Shown here in pieces: positions 45,784 through 56,309 of a stretch of DNA of 64,000 nt. A program made the position numbers and the translations under genes. The stretch lies in IMG/VR virus record IMGVR_UViG_3300045988_115755. One strand, 5' to 3'. Every line of letters starts with the position of its first letter. The stretch's first letter is position 1. The notes beneath the pieces were generated by a model. The model did no database searches. It was given only the letters and a program-made list of their open reading frames with translations, and was not told the DNA's origin. This stretch comes from a virus.

Positions 45784-46011
45784 GATGCAATGATAGATAA
45801 TGTAAAACTAACAATCCGAATATTTTCAATTGCAGTGTGCGTATTGTTGTATGTAGTTATCTGGGTTTAGTTCATAATGACTGGTTGTGATGATTCATCC
45901 TATTGGGATTGGACTAAATATTATAGGACATTTTTCTTATGGATTATGTTACATGTAGTATGCTTAATTGGAGTAATTTTGTGGGCATGGTGTTAGAAAG
46001 AGATGATAAAG

Positions 46012-46410
46012 ATGGGCGGTTTCAAAGCTGGAGACGAAGTGTATTTTGCTTGGTACGATGAACCATATACTGTTAAGTCTGGAATCATTACGGAGATTAA
46101 ATGTCTTGGCGATCTAATATATATAATGATACAAGACAGTATAACGCATGGTTTATATATGGTTCTTTTAGATGAGATATATCGCACTGAATCAGAAATA
46201 AAAGCGGTTCTAAAACGAGAGTTTTATGGCAAGGTAAATGAGGTTAAAAAAGACATTCATACCTTAGAAGATTTGCTGAAATTTATGTATGACAATGGTC
46301 TCGTAGATTGGTCATCACCACATATAAATGGTTGGCAGACAGATTGGGTAAGTCGTGTTGCAGTACGAGAACTGGCAAAAGAAATTTGCGGTATTGAGTT
46401 AGGAGAGTAA
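46012..46410 (+). CDS. hypothetical protein
   Basis: ATG 46012. Confidence 0.45.
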   Translation: MGGFKAGDEVYFAWYDEPYTVKSGIITEIKCLGDLIYIMIQDSITHGLYMVLLDEIYRTESEIKAVLKREFYGKVNEVKKDIHTLEDLLKFMYDNGLVDWSSPHINGWQTDWVSRVAVRELAKEICGIELGE

Positions 46411-46415
46411 TGTAG

Positions 46416-47057
46416 ATGGAGAAGAAACTTTTGTGCGCATATTGTCGAAAGCTAGTTGATTATGAACTTGAAACAAGGTTTACAATTGTTCCAATGATAG
46501 GTGAAAGAATTTCGTTTGCAGAGACATATGGTATTTGTAAGATTTGTGGAAGTGAAATTTTTATTCCAGAGGTACATGATCATAACATGGAAGCTATGGA
46601 CAGAGTATATCGGATTACAAAAGAGCGAAAGGGGAATTTAGCAATGAATCAAACCTATCAAAATTGTGGTATGTACTGCAAGGCACAGAATTATGATACT
46701 AATAAGTGGATTACTGGGACATACATCGGTAAAGGATGGTTATTATTCCCAAGATGTGAACCAGCAGACCATAGTGGTATGTATGGGTGTCAAGTAAAAG
46801 AAGATACCATTTGTCAATCAACTGGCAGAGAAAATGAATTCGAATATGATGTTGTACAATTGGTTGATGATGACGAAGACGTATATTTGATTATTTATAA
46901 TGATGAAGATTTGGCGTGGCAGATGTTATCTGTTTATGGTTCTGATATGATTGATTTAGGAGAAATTAAACCAGATCAATATGTGAAACTTGGCAATATC
47001 AAAGAAGATGATTATTGGAGAAAGGAATGGGAAAGACAGAGTGAAAAAAGAAAATAA
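46416..47057 (+). CDS. zinc-ribbon protein
   Basis: CAYC...CKICGS. Confidence 0.45.
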   Translation: MEKKLLCAYCRKLVDYELETRFTIVPMIGERISFAETYGICKICGSEIFIPEVHDHNMEAMDRVYRITKERKGNLAMNQTYQNCGMYCKAQNYDTNKWITGTYIGKGWLLFPRCEPADHSGMYGCQVKEDTICQSTGRENEFEYDVVQLVDDDEDVYLIIYNDEDLAWQMLSVYGSDMIDLGEIKPDQYVKLGNIKEDDYWRKEWERQSEKRK

Positions 47058-47499
47058 TAAAGTATTTACATACGGGCAGTTAGAAGAATTAAGAAATAGT
47101 TTAGCACTTTCAATAGGCGAGTTTGAATCATCAAATAAGCAAGATCATATACTTCGAAAATATTATAATATATGTAGTTTACTTGATACGTTTCAACTGA
47201 CGAAACCGCTAGTTGATGAACTAAAACGTCATCCGATTGCAGCGAGATATTTTGTTTTGTCGTTATGGAACGAATTGGTGGATTCGTGTCTTAATGCGTG
47301 CGATACATTGACTGTGAATGATATAGAGAATCGAGATTCCGAAAAACTACTATCTACTAAAACCAATGCGGCACAGTACATCCATGTATTAAATGATATG
47401 ATTTCCATAAATGATTATACAACAATTCAAGATGAGGCGTTGCAGTTTGCAATTGATACAATTAAGGAGAAATATAATGGAGAAAGAAAAGAAAAGTAA
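47041..47499 (+). CDS. hypothetical protein (GTG start uncertain)
   Basis: ORF 46990..47499 overlapping previous gene. Confidence 0.35.
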   Translation: MKKENNKVFTYGQLEELRNSLALSIGEFESSNKQDHILRKYYNICSLLDTFQLTKPLVDELKRHPIAARYFVLSLWNELVDSCLNACDTLTVNDIENRDSEKLLSTKTNAAQYIHVLNDMISINDYTTIQDEALQFAIDTIKEKYNGERKEK

Positions 47500-47710
47500 A
47501 TTACATACGCCAAAAGAAATTTTAAATGCACTGCATGTGATTCAGGATACGTGCGAGTATTATCTTCATGGCAATGATGAAGATTGCAAAAAATGCCCAT
47601 TATGTACAATGACAGGGAGGGCACCAAGTTGCACGATTAGAGATTCTGATCCTTATGTTTGGGAGATTGATGATGATCCAGATACTACGTGGCGAGCATT
47701 TGAAAAATAG
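47477..47710 (+). CDS. small Cys-rich protein, paralog 1
   Basis: ATG 47477 after AAGGAGAAA; ...IQDTCEYYL...CKKCPLC... Confidence 0.4.
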   Translation: MEKEKKSKLHTPKEILNALHVIQDTCEYYLHGNDEDCKKCPLCTMTGRAPSCTIRDSDPYVWEIDDDPDTTWRAFEK

Positions 47711-47721
47711 GAGGTGTTTAT

Positions 47722-47958
47722 ATGGATGAGAAAAATTATGGAGAGTATACAGATGAAGAAGTGGCAAAATCATTAAAAACAATTCAAGATATTTGTTCGC
47801 TTAATAAAGATGATTGTGGTTGTAGCATTAAATGCCCATTTTTAGAACTACAGGATGGAGGAGCTAGACAAATATGCCCTATCACCTATAATTATCCTGC
47901 CGTTTGGAGATTAAACAAATTCCCACCTAAGCAATGGGAACCTTTTTACAAGGGATAA
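47722..47958 (+). CDS. small Cys-rich protein, paralog 2
   Basis: ...IQDICSLNKDDCGCSIKCPFL... aligns with previous gene. Confidence 0.45.
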   Translation: MDEKNYGEYTDEEVAKSLKTIQDICSLNKDDCGCSIKCPFLELQDGGARQICPITYNYPAVWRLNKFPPKQWEPFYKG

Positions 47959-47989
47959 ACTACATAAACACAAGTAAATAAAGGAGAAA

Positions 47990-48532
47990 ATGTCGTTGAA
48001 ATTAAATGACGAACAGAGAAAATTAGTGGAACAAAATCATAATTTGATTTACTCTGCTATGACAAAATGCGGTATCCGCAGACAAGATTTTGATGACTAT
48101 TATGGATTCGCTGCTATTGGGTTGTGTAAGGCAGCAATTGATTATGATGAAACACGATCTAAATCATTTTCGACATATGCGTATTTATGTATACAAAATG
48201 AAATAACGGTATATAACAAATACAGATTTCGGCAGAGAAGAAAGGGTGATATGAATACTATTTCATATAATCATATGTTAGATGATTGGGATGAAGACAA
48301 AAATGAAAATTCATTTCTTTTAAAGGATGAAGAAAATTTTGAAAAAAATATTATTTTCAAGTTGAATTTTCAAGATAAATGTTACACACTAAATAATAAG
48401 GACAGAATGATTGTTGATTTAAAATCAAAAGGTTATACATATCAAGAAATCGCAAAAATGTTTGGCACATCATTTCAAGCGATACAACAAAAGATTAAAA
48501 GAATGCGATCAACAACATTTTCCAGATTATAA
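47990..48532 (+). CDS. phage sigma factor (sigma-70 family), copy 2
   Basis: NDEQRKLVEQNHNLIYS...FSTYAYLCIQNEI and YTYQEIAKMFGTSFQAIQQ; paralog of 41353..41886. Confidence 0.65.
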   Translation: MSLKLNDEQRKLVEQNHNLIYSAMTKCGIRRQDFDDYYGFAAIGLCKAAIDYDETRSKSFSTYAYLCIQNEITVYNKYRFRQRRKGDMNTISYNHMLDDWDEDKNENSFLLKDEENFEKNIIFKLNFQDKCYTLNNKDRMIVDLKSKGYTYQEIAKMFGTSFQAIQQKIKRMRSTTFSRL

Positions 48533-48569
48533 AAGTTGAATAACGCAAACAACTTTTATTATTTTTTTT
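48533..48569 (+). terminator. rho-independent terminator
   Basis: AAGTTG...CAACTT hairpin + TTATTATTTTTTTT. Confidence 0.6.
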
Positions 48570-48742
48570 GACGCATTTGTTATAAACGTGCTAGAACGAT
48601 TATAACAATATAAGACGATCAGATAAAATTATTTTTTGTTCCTGTTGACTTTGGCAGAGTTGACAGTGGATATAAATTGATGACTTATTTACAAACTAAA
48701 AACTAACTAAACAAATTTAATAACAGAAAGAGGTAAATTTAT

Positions 48743-49855
48743 TTGGCAGAAAACACAAAATCTAAAAGACTTTTCAACTTACCAGAAACTAAAGGTACAT
48801 TTCAGTTAGAAGGATTAATCACTGATTGTGCAAAAGACGACTTTTATAAGGAAGGTAAAACGCAGAAAGGCAAAGATAAACGAACGTTATCTTTCGGAGT
48901 TAAAGTAGAACCCGATGTAAAAGTTGGATGTAAAATTCAGGCATTTGAAAAACCTACAGTATGTTTTATCAAACGAGAGAAAGATGGTACATACAAAACT
49001 AAAAAAATTCCTTGGGCGGATCGTTTTAAATCGGCTGAAGAATTAGGACTTGGCGAAGGTTGGGCAATTATTGGTTCAAGAGCAGGTCTTGAAAAAGAGA
49101 CCAATGATAAAGGACAGGTTGTTAATAAGAAAGTTGTCTTAGATCCATTTGATTTAACAAAATATACTTCAGAACATATGGCAGACAACCAGAGTGTATT
49201 CATCAAAGGAGATATTGAATATGGAAGTTTTACTGGGGAAGACGGTACTAAACGTCAGTGGTCAAGAATGTCTCCAACACAGATTAGTTTAACAAGTAAA
49301 GAAATTGATCTTGATGATGAAGAACGTAAAGTAAGATCTGATTTCAAACAGACAATGGTATTCACAAATATCGAACAGGAAAAAGAAAATGATGTGCCAA
49401 CAGGACGTTTTATCGTTTATGGAAAGATTATTGGTTATTCATCTGTTGATGATGCTGAATTCTATATGACAAATAAGAAATTAGCAAAAACTTTTAAGAA
49501 AAATGTGAAGCCATATTCATCTATTGAAGTTTGGGGACATATTAAGACAGAAATTCAGACAGAAGAAGTTGAAGTAGAAGATGATGGATGGGGAGAAGCA
49601 GATCCTACAAAGAGAGTCGTAAATTCTGCAAGAAAAGAACTTATTATCACTGGCGCAAGCAAAGACAGTATTGATTCAGAAACATACACCAGAGAAGCAA
49701 TTGATGCAGCGATTGAAGCTATTAAAAAGGCAGAAGCAGCAAGAAGTGATTTTGGTGAGTCTGATGATAAACAGACAAGTAGTTCTTCTACAGATGATGA
49801 ATGGGGATCTGGTTTTGATGATTCTTCAGATGATACTGAAGGCGATGTTTGGTAA
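48743..49855 (+). CDS. putative ssDNA-binding/recombination protein with acidic C-terminal tail (TTG start)
   Basis: 370 aa, C-terminus SSSTDDEWGSGFDDSSDDTEGDVW typical of phage SSB tails; position just before Sak4-like ATPase. Confidence 0.35.
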   Translation: MAENTKSKRLFNLPETKGTFQLEGLITDCAKDDFYKEGKTQKGKDKRTLSFGVKVEPDVKVGCKIQAFEKPTVCFIKREKDGTYKTKKIPWADRFKSAEELGLGEGWAIIGSRAGLEKETNDKGQVVNKKVVLDPFDLTKYTSEHMADNQSVFIKGDIEYGSFTGEDGTKRQWSRMSPTQISLTSKEIDLDDEERKVRSDFKQTMVFTNIEQEKENDVPTGRFIVYGKIIGYSSVDDAEFYMTNKKLAKTFKKNVKPYSSIEVWGHIKTEIQTEEVEVEDDGWGEADPTKRVVNSARKELIITGASKDSIDSETYTREAIDAAIEAIKKAEAARSDFGESDDKQTSSSSTDDEWGSGFDDSSDDTEGDVW

Positions 49856-49920
49856 GAGCAATTCTAAATCATTTCACAAATAAATAACAAAAACAATATA
49901 TACATAAAGGAGTTTTACAT

Positions 49921-51135
49921 TTGGCAAAAGCAAGAAAAGCAGCAAAAACACAGAGTAAATTGATGACTATTATTTATGGAGAACCTTTTACTGGTAAAAG
50001 TACACTGGCAATGCAGTTAGCGTATTTTAAACGCCCAGATGGGAAACCTTTCAGAGTCTTATATTTAGACTCTGAATCAGGAAGTATTGATGATTATTTA
50101 CCAGAATTAGAGGAAAATGGTGTAAATCTCGAAAACATTTACATTGTTTACACTCAGAGCTTAGGAGAAGTAAGACATTATATTGATACAGTCAAAACAA
50201 ACGGTGACTTCTACGAGCTTGATGACGATGGAGAAGAAACTGATGATGTAGTTTTAGATGCAGATGGTCTTCCATTTAGAGCTGATGCGATTGTTGTAGA
50301 TGGATCAACAATCTTAAATCTGACTACAAAACAGGGATTGATTGAGTTCTCTAAGAAAAGAAATCGTGTAAAAGCGGATGCTGCAAATATGACAGGTGAA
50401 GCTAGACTTGTCAAAATTGAAGGTGCAGGTATGGAATTAAAAGATTACCAGACTGTAAACTTCAAAGGTCAGGATTTAATTCTTGATTTATTAGCTTCTG
50501 GAGCACATTGTGTTGTAACAGCAAGAGAAAAAGATGAGACAGAATCTAAGATGATTGACGGTAAAAGAGAAACTGTTACGACAGGTCGTAAGATTATTGA
50601 CGGATTTAAAGGTATGGATTATAACGCCAAAACAGTAATTCGTACATTCGTTGATAGTGAAACTGATATGGTTTGTGCTCAGATATTGAAAGATAGAACA
50701 CATACATATAAAAAGAACGAGATTGTAGAAGATCCACAGATGTTAGCTTGGCAGAAAGTTATTGATAATTCTGTTGGGAACAAAGAGTTTACACTTGGTA
50801 ATGCTCTTACAAAAGCAGTAGATGTTGAACAGAAAATCTATAAGAGAGAAATTCTTGGAGAAGCAGGTAAGCCAGTTTCCGAAGAGGAAGCAGAAAAAGA
50901 AGAATCTGGTGTGTTATCCAGTGGCTCATCTAGCAAAAAAGATTCTGTTCAGGATGTAAAAAAACGAATTTCTGACAGAATTAAAAAATTAGCCCCTCCA
51001 AAAAGACAGGAAATGAAAGATAAGCTCGCCAAAGAAGGATTACCTACCGCCTTTAGTCGTCTTAATGATCTTGATCAGCTAAAGAAGATAGAAGAAATCT
51101 TAGTGAAAAAAATCAAAGAAGATCAGGAAGGATAA
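49921..51135 (+). CDS. RecA-fold ATPase, Sak4/AAA_24-like recombination protein (TTG start)
   Basis: IIYGEPFTGKSTLA Walker A at N-terminus, Walker B-like AIVVDG. Confidence 0.5.
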   Translation: MAKARKAAKTQSKLMTIIYGEPFTGKSTLAMQLAYFKRPDGKPFRVLYLDSESGSIDDYLPELEENGVNLENIYIVYTQSLGEVRHYIDTVKTNGDFYELDDDGEETDDVVLDADGLPFRADAIVVDGSTILNLTTKQGLIEFSKKRNRVKADAANMTGEARLVKIEGAGMELKDYQTVNFKGQDLILDLLASGAHCVVTAREKDETESKMIDGKRETVTTGRKIIDGFKGMDYNAKTVIRTFVDSETDMVCAQILKDRTHTYKKNEIVEDPQMLAWQKVIDNSVGNKEFTLGNALTKAVDVEQKIYKREILGEAGKPVSEEEAEKEESGVLSSGSSSKKDSVQDVKKRISDRIKKLAPPKRQEMKDKLAKEGLPTAFSRLNDLDQLKKIEEILVKKIKEDQEG

Positions 51136-51214
51136 GGTGAAATTACAAAAGGGTTTATTTGGTAGCCATTTTGGCTACCTAATCCTTTGATATTGGACGA
51201 GGAGTAACTGTAGT

Positions 51215-51910
51215 ATGGCAGATGTTTTAACAGTAAAATGCGCTTATTGTAAAGAAGTAATTGAACTTGATTTAGATAAAGTGCAAGAGATTGTTAAATA
51301 TGACAATAGTTATTATCACAAAGAATGTTTCCGCAAAATGTGTGAAGCAAAATTATTATCCAAAAATACTAAACATGACAAATGGTTATCTGCATTGTCT
51401 AAGATTGATGAATATAATCAGAAAGCACGAGTGTTACTTGAACCAAGATTGTTAGAAGACAAAGTATATCGGTTTATTCTTGATAATTATAACTACATTG
51501 GTTCTGTACCAGCATATGTTTTTACAAAATTGAAAAGTATTTATAAAGGTACATATCGTGGTTTGGCGAAACCAATTCCACCAAGTGATCTTTTAGATAT
51601 GTGGAAGCGTCAAATGAAATATCTTAAGAAAAATCGAACATTTTTGATACAAAAAGGAACGATGGATGAAGATAATCCAACACACCAGGTTAATTATGAT
51701 TTGGCAGTTTTAGTAGGAAAGTATGATAGTTATTTACGATGGAAAGAGAAACAGAAATTAAATGAAGTAGACAAAAAGAATAATGAAAAATTTGCAAAAT
51801 CTTTTGTTGAAACAAATAATATCACAACTCAAAAAACTGTAGTAACAGCCACACAAGACGATAACATGGATGACATTTTAAGTGATATTTTTGGTGAGGG
51901 ACTTGATTGA
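51215..51910 (+). CDS. zinc-finger protein
   Basis: CAYC...HKECFRKMC. Confidence 0.45.
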   Translation: MADVLTVKCAYCKEVIELDLDKVQEIVKYDNSYYHKECFRKMCEAKLLSKNTKHDKWLSALSKIDEYNQKARVLLEPRLLEDKVYRFILDNYNYIGSVPAYVFTKLKSIYKGTYRGLAKPIPPSDLLDMWKRQMKYLKKNRTFLIQKGTMDEDNPTHQVNYDLAVLVGKYDSYLRWKEKQKLNEVDKKNNEKFAKSFVETNNITTQKTVVTATQDDNMDDILSDIFGEGLD

Positions 51911-53460
51911 CAGAAGAAACAGTAGAACGTAAAAGTGTAACTAACATTCAGAGTGAAATGATGTTTATCGGTGCTTTGTATAAACAACCAGATTTATATG
52001 TTTCTTATGGTGGATATATGAGAAGTCAGTATGATTTCAGTGATGAGGCATGTAAATTTTTCTATGATATGTTTGAGATTATGTACAAAACATTTACTCA
52101 AACGATTGAGGAAGACAAGGTAAATATGTTCATGAGTCAATCAGATGAAAGACTTAGGACATACAAAAGATACAAAGGGTGGAAGACGATTTCATCATGG
52201 ATGCAGGTTGCAGATTGTGATGATTTTAAAAAATATTATAATCTCGTTAAGAAATATTCTCTTGTAAGAGAGTATGACAGAAATGGATATCCTGTTCAAC
52301 GAATTTTAAACCATAGGTTATTTGAAAAATGGGAAGCAAAAGATATTTATAGAGTGATTCGATCTCAGGCGGATAAAATTAACACTGTTATTAGCGCAGG
52401 CGAAGATTCTGTCTTATTGAATAGTGGTGTTGAATCACAGGTTGAATCATTTTTATCAAAACCAGATTTGGGGATTCCGTTACCTTGGGCGATTCTCAAC
52501 AAGATGTTCAGAGGATGTCGCCTTGGAAAGGTAATTTTTAATGGATTCTTAAGTAATGAAGGAAAATCAAGAAATATGATGTTGTTGATTGCATATATCG
52601 TATTGGCAATGGACGAGAAATTTTTATTGCTTAGTAATGAGATGGATGAGGACGATTTACGAAATTGCTTAGTCGTTACAGTGATCAACAACAAATGCTT
52701 CAAAGAGCTTCATGGTATTGATATTGAAAAACCAGAAGAAGAAATAGTTCTCGGTATTTACAGAGATAATAATGGCAATGTAATTGAAAGAAAAACAAAT
52801 GAAAATGGAGACTTTATTGAAACAGAAGAGGAGTACAGACATAGAGTAGCTACTACATCAGATGAGTTTCAGAAAGTTATGCAAGTTGCAAAATGGGTAG
52901 ATCAGAAACGTCAAGGAAAATTATATTTCAAAGATGTTGGCTCTGATTACTCAGATTCGGCATTAGAGTTTGAATTTAGAAAACATCGTATGTTATATGA
53001 TGTGAAATATTGTGGTTATGACACGTTAAAAGGTTATCGTATTGATGATTGGCAAACGGTGAAACAGACAGCCACAAAAATTAAAGAGCTTATGAAAGAA
53101 ATCCATATGTTTTGTTTCTCTGTATTCCAGTTAACTGATGATACAGTGTATACAGATATATTCCAGTTAAGTAGTAATAATATTGCCAATGCAAAACAGA
53201 TTAAGCACGTTGCTGACATCTTAATGCTTGGTAAAAGATTACATCCTGACGAATATTACAAATATCAGTATATATCAATTAGTGATTGGGGAGAGCCACA
53301 GGCGCACGATCTAAAAAAGGACAAGACATATTTCTGTATTAAGGTTGATAAAAACCGAGGCGGTAACAAGAATGTTATTCCAATTTTTGAAATCAATTTG
53401 GATTTAAATACTTGGGACGAAATAGGATATGTCATAAAACGAGAGAAAAACGGAGCGTAG
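51907..53460 (+). CDS. DnaB-like replicative helicase (TTG start)
   Basis: N-terminal domain E..MFIGALYKQPDLY; RecA-like C-domain with NGFLSNEGKSRNMM P-loop. Confidence 0.55.
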   Translation: MTEETVERKSVTNIQSEMMFIGALYKQPDLYVSYGGYMRSQYDFSDEACKFFYDMFEIMYKTFTQTIEEDKVNMFMSQSDERLRTYKRYKGWKTISSWMQVADCDDFKKYYNLVKKYSLVREYDRNGYPVQRILNHRLFEKWEAKDIYRVIRSQADKINTVISAGEDSVLLNSGVESQVESFLSKPDLGIPLPWAILNKMFRGCRLGKVIFNGFLSNEGKSRNMMLLIAYIVLAMDEKFLLLSNEMDEDDLRNCLVVTVINNKCFKELHGIDIEKPEEEIVLGIYRDNNGNVIERKTNENGDFIETEEEYRHRVATTSDEFQKVMQVAKWVDQKRQGKLYFKDVGSDYSDSALEFEFRKHRMLYDVKYCGYDTLKGYRIDDWQTVKQTATKIKELMKEIHMFCFSVFQLTDDTVYTDIFQLSSNNIANAKQIKHVADILMLGKRLHPDEYYKYQYISISDWGEPQAHDLKKDKTYFCIKVDKNRGGNKNVIPIFEINLDLNTWDEIGYVIKREKNGA

Positions 53461-53463
53461 GTT

Positions 53464-54492
53464 ATGGACGTAGCACAGCTAAAAGAATATATATACGACA
53501 ACAATTATGTAGAAAATATTCTGAAAGATATAGGCTGTCATCATATTAAATATCATTCGTCTGGATATTGGAGCTGTGCAAATAAAGATGGGGATAATGA
53601 ATCCGCAGTTATTACATATAACAACGAAAACCTAAATTGCACAAATTATACAAGAAAAATGACAGCAAAAGAAAGACAGACAGATTTAATTGACTTGGTA
53701 TGCTTTACAAAAAGTCTGTCTTTCCCAGACGGTTTAAAATATCTAGCCAATTTGATCGGCATAGATTATTATCATGATTTTAATGAGCAACTGCCAGAAA
53801 GTTTGCAGATCACTCAATTGATTCATGATATGAAAGAAAATATAGAAACCGAAGAAGATAAACCAGTCAAGCCAATTCCAAAACAAATTCTTTCCTATTA
53901 TAAAGACTATGTTAATGATTTATTTTATGAAGATCATATCAGTTATTTAACTCAGAAGGAATTTAATATTGGCTATGACGAAGATACAAACAGAATTACA
54001 ATACCTATTTTTTCTGAAATTGGTGATTTGGTAGGTGTTAAAGGACGATTGTTCAAGAAAAAGTTAGATAAACATGATTTGAAATATTTATATATTGAGC
54101 CATGCGCTAGACAAAGAATCTTATACGGATTGAATAAAACTCTACCTTATATAGAAAGGATTGGAAGGGTATATGTTGCAGAAGCAGAAAAAGCTGTCAT
54201 GCAGCTATGGTCATATGGATATCAAAATGTTGTGGCAACTGGCGGCAAGCAAGTTTCAAGACAGCAAATCGACATGTTAACAAGACTCGGAGTTGAAATA
54301 GTATTTATTTTTGACAAAGATGTTGAGTTAAAAGAGATTCAAAAGCTTGGCGATCGTTTTATTGATGGAGTTCCGATTTCATACATTATGGATAATTCAA
54401 AAGAAGGAATCCTTGATGAAAAAGAATCACCTACTGATGACCCTAAAAAATGGGAACTATTGTTAAATAACTATTTGTATACACTTAAATAA
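53464..54492 (+). CDS. DnaG-like DNA primase (zinc-binding + TOPRIM)
   Basis: CHH...C zinc region; TOPRIM YVAEAEKAVMQLWSYGYQNVVATGG...IVFIFDKD. Confidence 0.65.
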   Translation: MDVAQLKEYIYDNNYVENILKDIGCHHIKYHSSGYWSCANKDGDNESAVITYNNENLNCTNYTRKMTAKERQTDLIDLVCFTKSLSFPDGLKYLANLIGIDYYHDFNEQLPESLQITQLIHDMKENIETEEDKPVKPIPKQILSYYKDYVNDLFYEDHISYLTQKEFNIGYDEDTNRITIPIFSEIGDLVGVKGRLFKKKLDKHDLKYLYIEPCARQRILYGLNKTLPYIERIGRVYVAEAEKAVMQLWSYGYQNVVATGGKQVSRQQIDMLTRLGVEIVFIFDKDVELKEIQKLGDRFIDGVPISYIMDNSKEGILDEKESPTDDPKKWELLLNNYLYTLK

Positions 54493-54559
54493 GAATAGGC
54501 AGGTTATACATATAAAATACAAATTATATGAAGGTGGCACAAATGATACCTCTAATGTT

Positions 54560-56308
54560 GTGCCAGAAATTTTAAGAAATAGAGGGATTGATGATTATGA
54601 AACGTATTTGAACCTTGATGATAGCGTAATTCAAGATTATGCCGATTTAGATGGTATCAAAAACGCAGTAAATACAACGATTTTTGCACTTAAAAATGGA
54701 CATAAAATCGGTATTTTAATTGACGAAGATGTAGACGGATTTTGTTCGGCTTCAATGGCATATATGTACTTAAATCGTATTAATAATGAACTTTATGACA
54801 GCAAGAGTAACATTTGTTACTTATTGCATAAAAAAGCAAAAGCTCACGGATTAAGTGAAGATATTACTATACCTGAAGACGTAAAACTTTTAATAATTCC
54901 AGATGCAGGCACCAACGATATAACACAGTGTACAGAACTTGTAGACCGTGGCGTACAGATTGTAATTCTTGATCACCATGAAAAAGAAAAATCTGAAGAA
55001 ATAATGCCAGAGGAAGTTGTCATTGTAAATAATCAGTGTAGCCCACGATATAAAAATAAAGACTTATGCGGGGCAGGAATTGTCTATAGATTTTTACAGG
55101 CAATGGATGATGAGTTATGGATCAATTATGCTGATGATTATTTAGATTTATGTGCATTAGCGAATATCGGTGATGTCATGGATATGAGATCATTTGAGAC
55201 ACGTCGATTAGTGGATAAAGGGATTCAGAATATTCAGAATAAATGCTTTAAAGCACTAATTCAGGCACAAGATTATTCAATGCATAGTATTGTAAATATC
55301 CATAATATTCAATGGTATATTGTTCCAATTATTAATGGTATGGTGCGGTTCGGCTCTTTAAAAGATAAAGAGTTAGTTTTTAGAGCATTTATCGAAGACT
55401 ATGAGGTATTTGACTATAAGAAAAGAGCAACAAAAAACAACCCTGCGAAAGTAATCAAAGAGAATATTTACGATCGTGCTGCTCGATTATGTAAAAATGC
55501 TAAAGGTAAACAGGATCGTCAAAAGAAAAAGATGGTTCCGATTATTATGAAAGAGGCAGAAAAAGATAAAGATAGTAAGATTACTATACTTGATGTTACA
55601 GAAACATTAGATAGCAGTTTGACAGGATTGGTTGCTATTAAGATTGCTGAAGATATGAACAGACCATGTTTATTATTACGAAAACATACTAACCCAGAAA
55701 CAGGATTAGTAGAAATGAGTGGTAGTGCAAGGAATGTAGATCATAGCCCGATTGATAGTTTGAAAGATGTGATATCCGAAACAAATTCATTTTTATGGGC
55801 AAAAGGTCATGCCAATGCATTTGGATGTTCGACAGATAATATCTCTAAAGCAATCACAGAATTAAACGACAAACTGAAAGACGTTAAATATGATGCAACT
55901 TATAGAGTTGATTTTATTGTAGATGCTTGCAGATTAGATTTTGAACTACTACAGGAAATGTCTAAATTAGATGATATCCGTGGGCAGGGTATTGATGATC
56001 CGATGATTGCTGTTAAGAATATTACATTAAATAAGGAAGAAATTAATGTTGTTGGTAAGAAAATGGATACAATGCAATTCAAGATTAATGATATTCCATG
56101 CGTGATGTTTAGATGTGATGAAAAAAATAAGATTTATGATTGGATTATGAATGATTTTTCTGACGAAGGCACAGTTACATTTGAATTAGTAGGAACTGCA
56201 CAGACTAATATCTTTAACGGAATTAGACAATATCAAATTGCGGTTGATGATATTAATGTTCTGAGCATCACAACAGATGAAGAATTAGACGAAGATATTT
56301 GGGATTGA
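54560..56308 (+). CDS. RecJ-like ssDNA exonuclease (DHH/DHHA1 family; start uncertain, GTG)
   Basis: ILIDEDVDGFCSASM (DHH I-II), LDHHEK (III), GHANAFG (DHHA1); about 580 aa. Confidence 0.65.
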   Translation: MPEILRNRGIDDYETYLNLDDSVIQDYADLDGIKNAVNTTIFALKNGHKIGILIDEDVDGFCSASMAYMYLNRINNELYDSKSNICYLLHKKAKAHGLSEDITIPEDVKLLIIPDAGTNDITQCTELVDRGVQIVILDHHEKEKSEEIMPEEVVIVNNQCSPRYKNKDLCGAGIVYRFLQAMDDELWINYADDYLDLCALANIGDVMDMRSFETRRLVDKGIQNIQNKCFKALIQAQDYSMHSIVNIHNIQWYIVPIINGMVRFGSLKDKELVFRAFIEDYEVFDYKKRATKNNPAKVIKENIYDRAARLCKNAKGKQDRQKKKMVPIIMKEAEKDKDSKITILDVTETLDSSLTGLVAIKIAEDMNRPCLLLRKHTNPETGLVEMSGSARNVDHSPIDSLKDVISETNSFLWAKGHANAFGCSTDNISKAITELNDKLKDVKYDATYRVDFIVDACRLDFELLQEMSKLDDIRGQGIDDPMIAVKNITLNKEEINVVGKKMDTMQFKINDIPCVMFRCDEKNKIYDWIMNDFSDEGTVTFELVGTAQTNIFNGIRQYQIAVDDINVLSITTDEELDEDIWD

Positions 56309-56309
56309 G

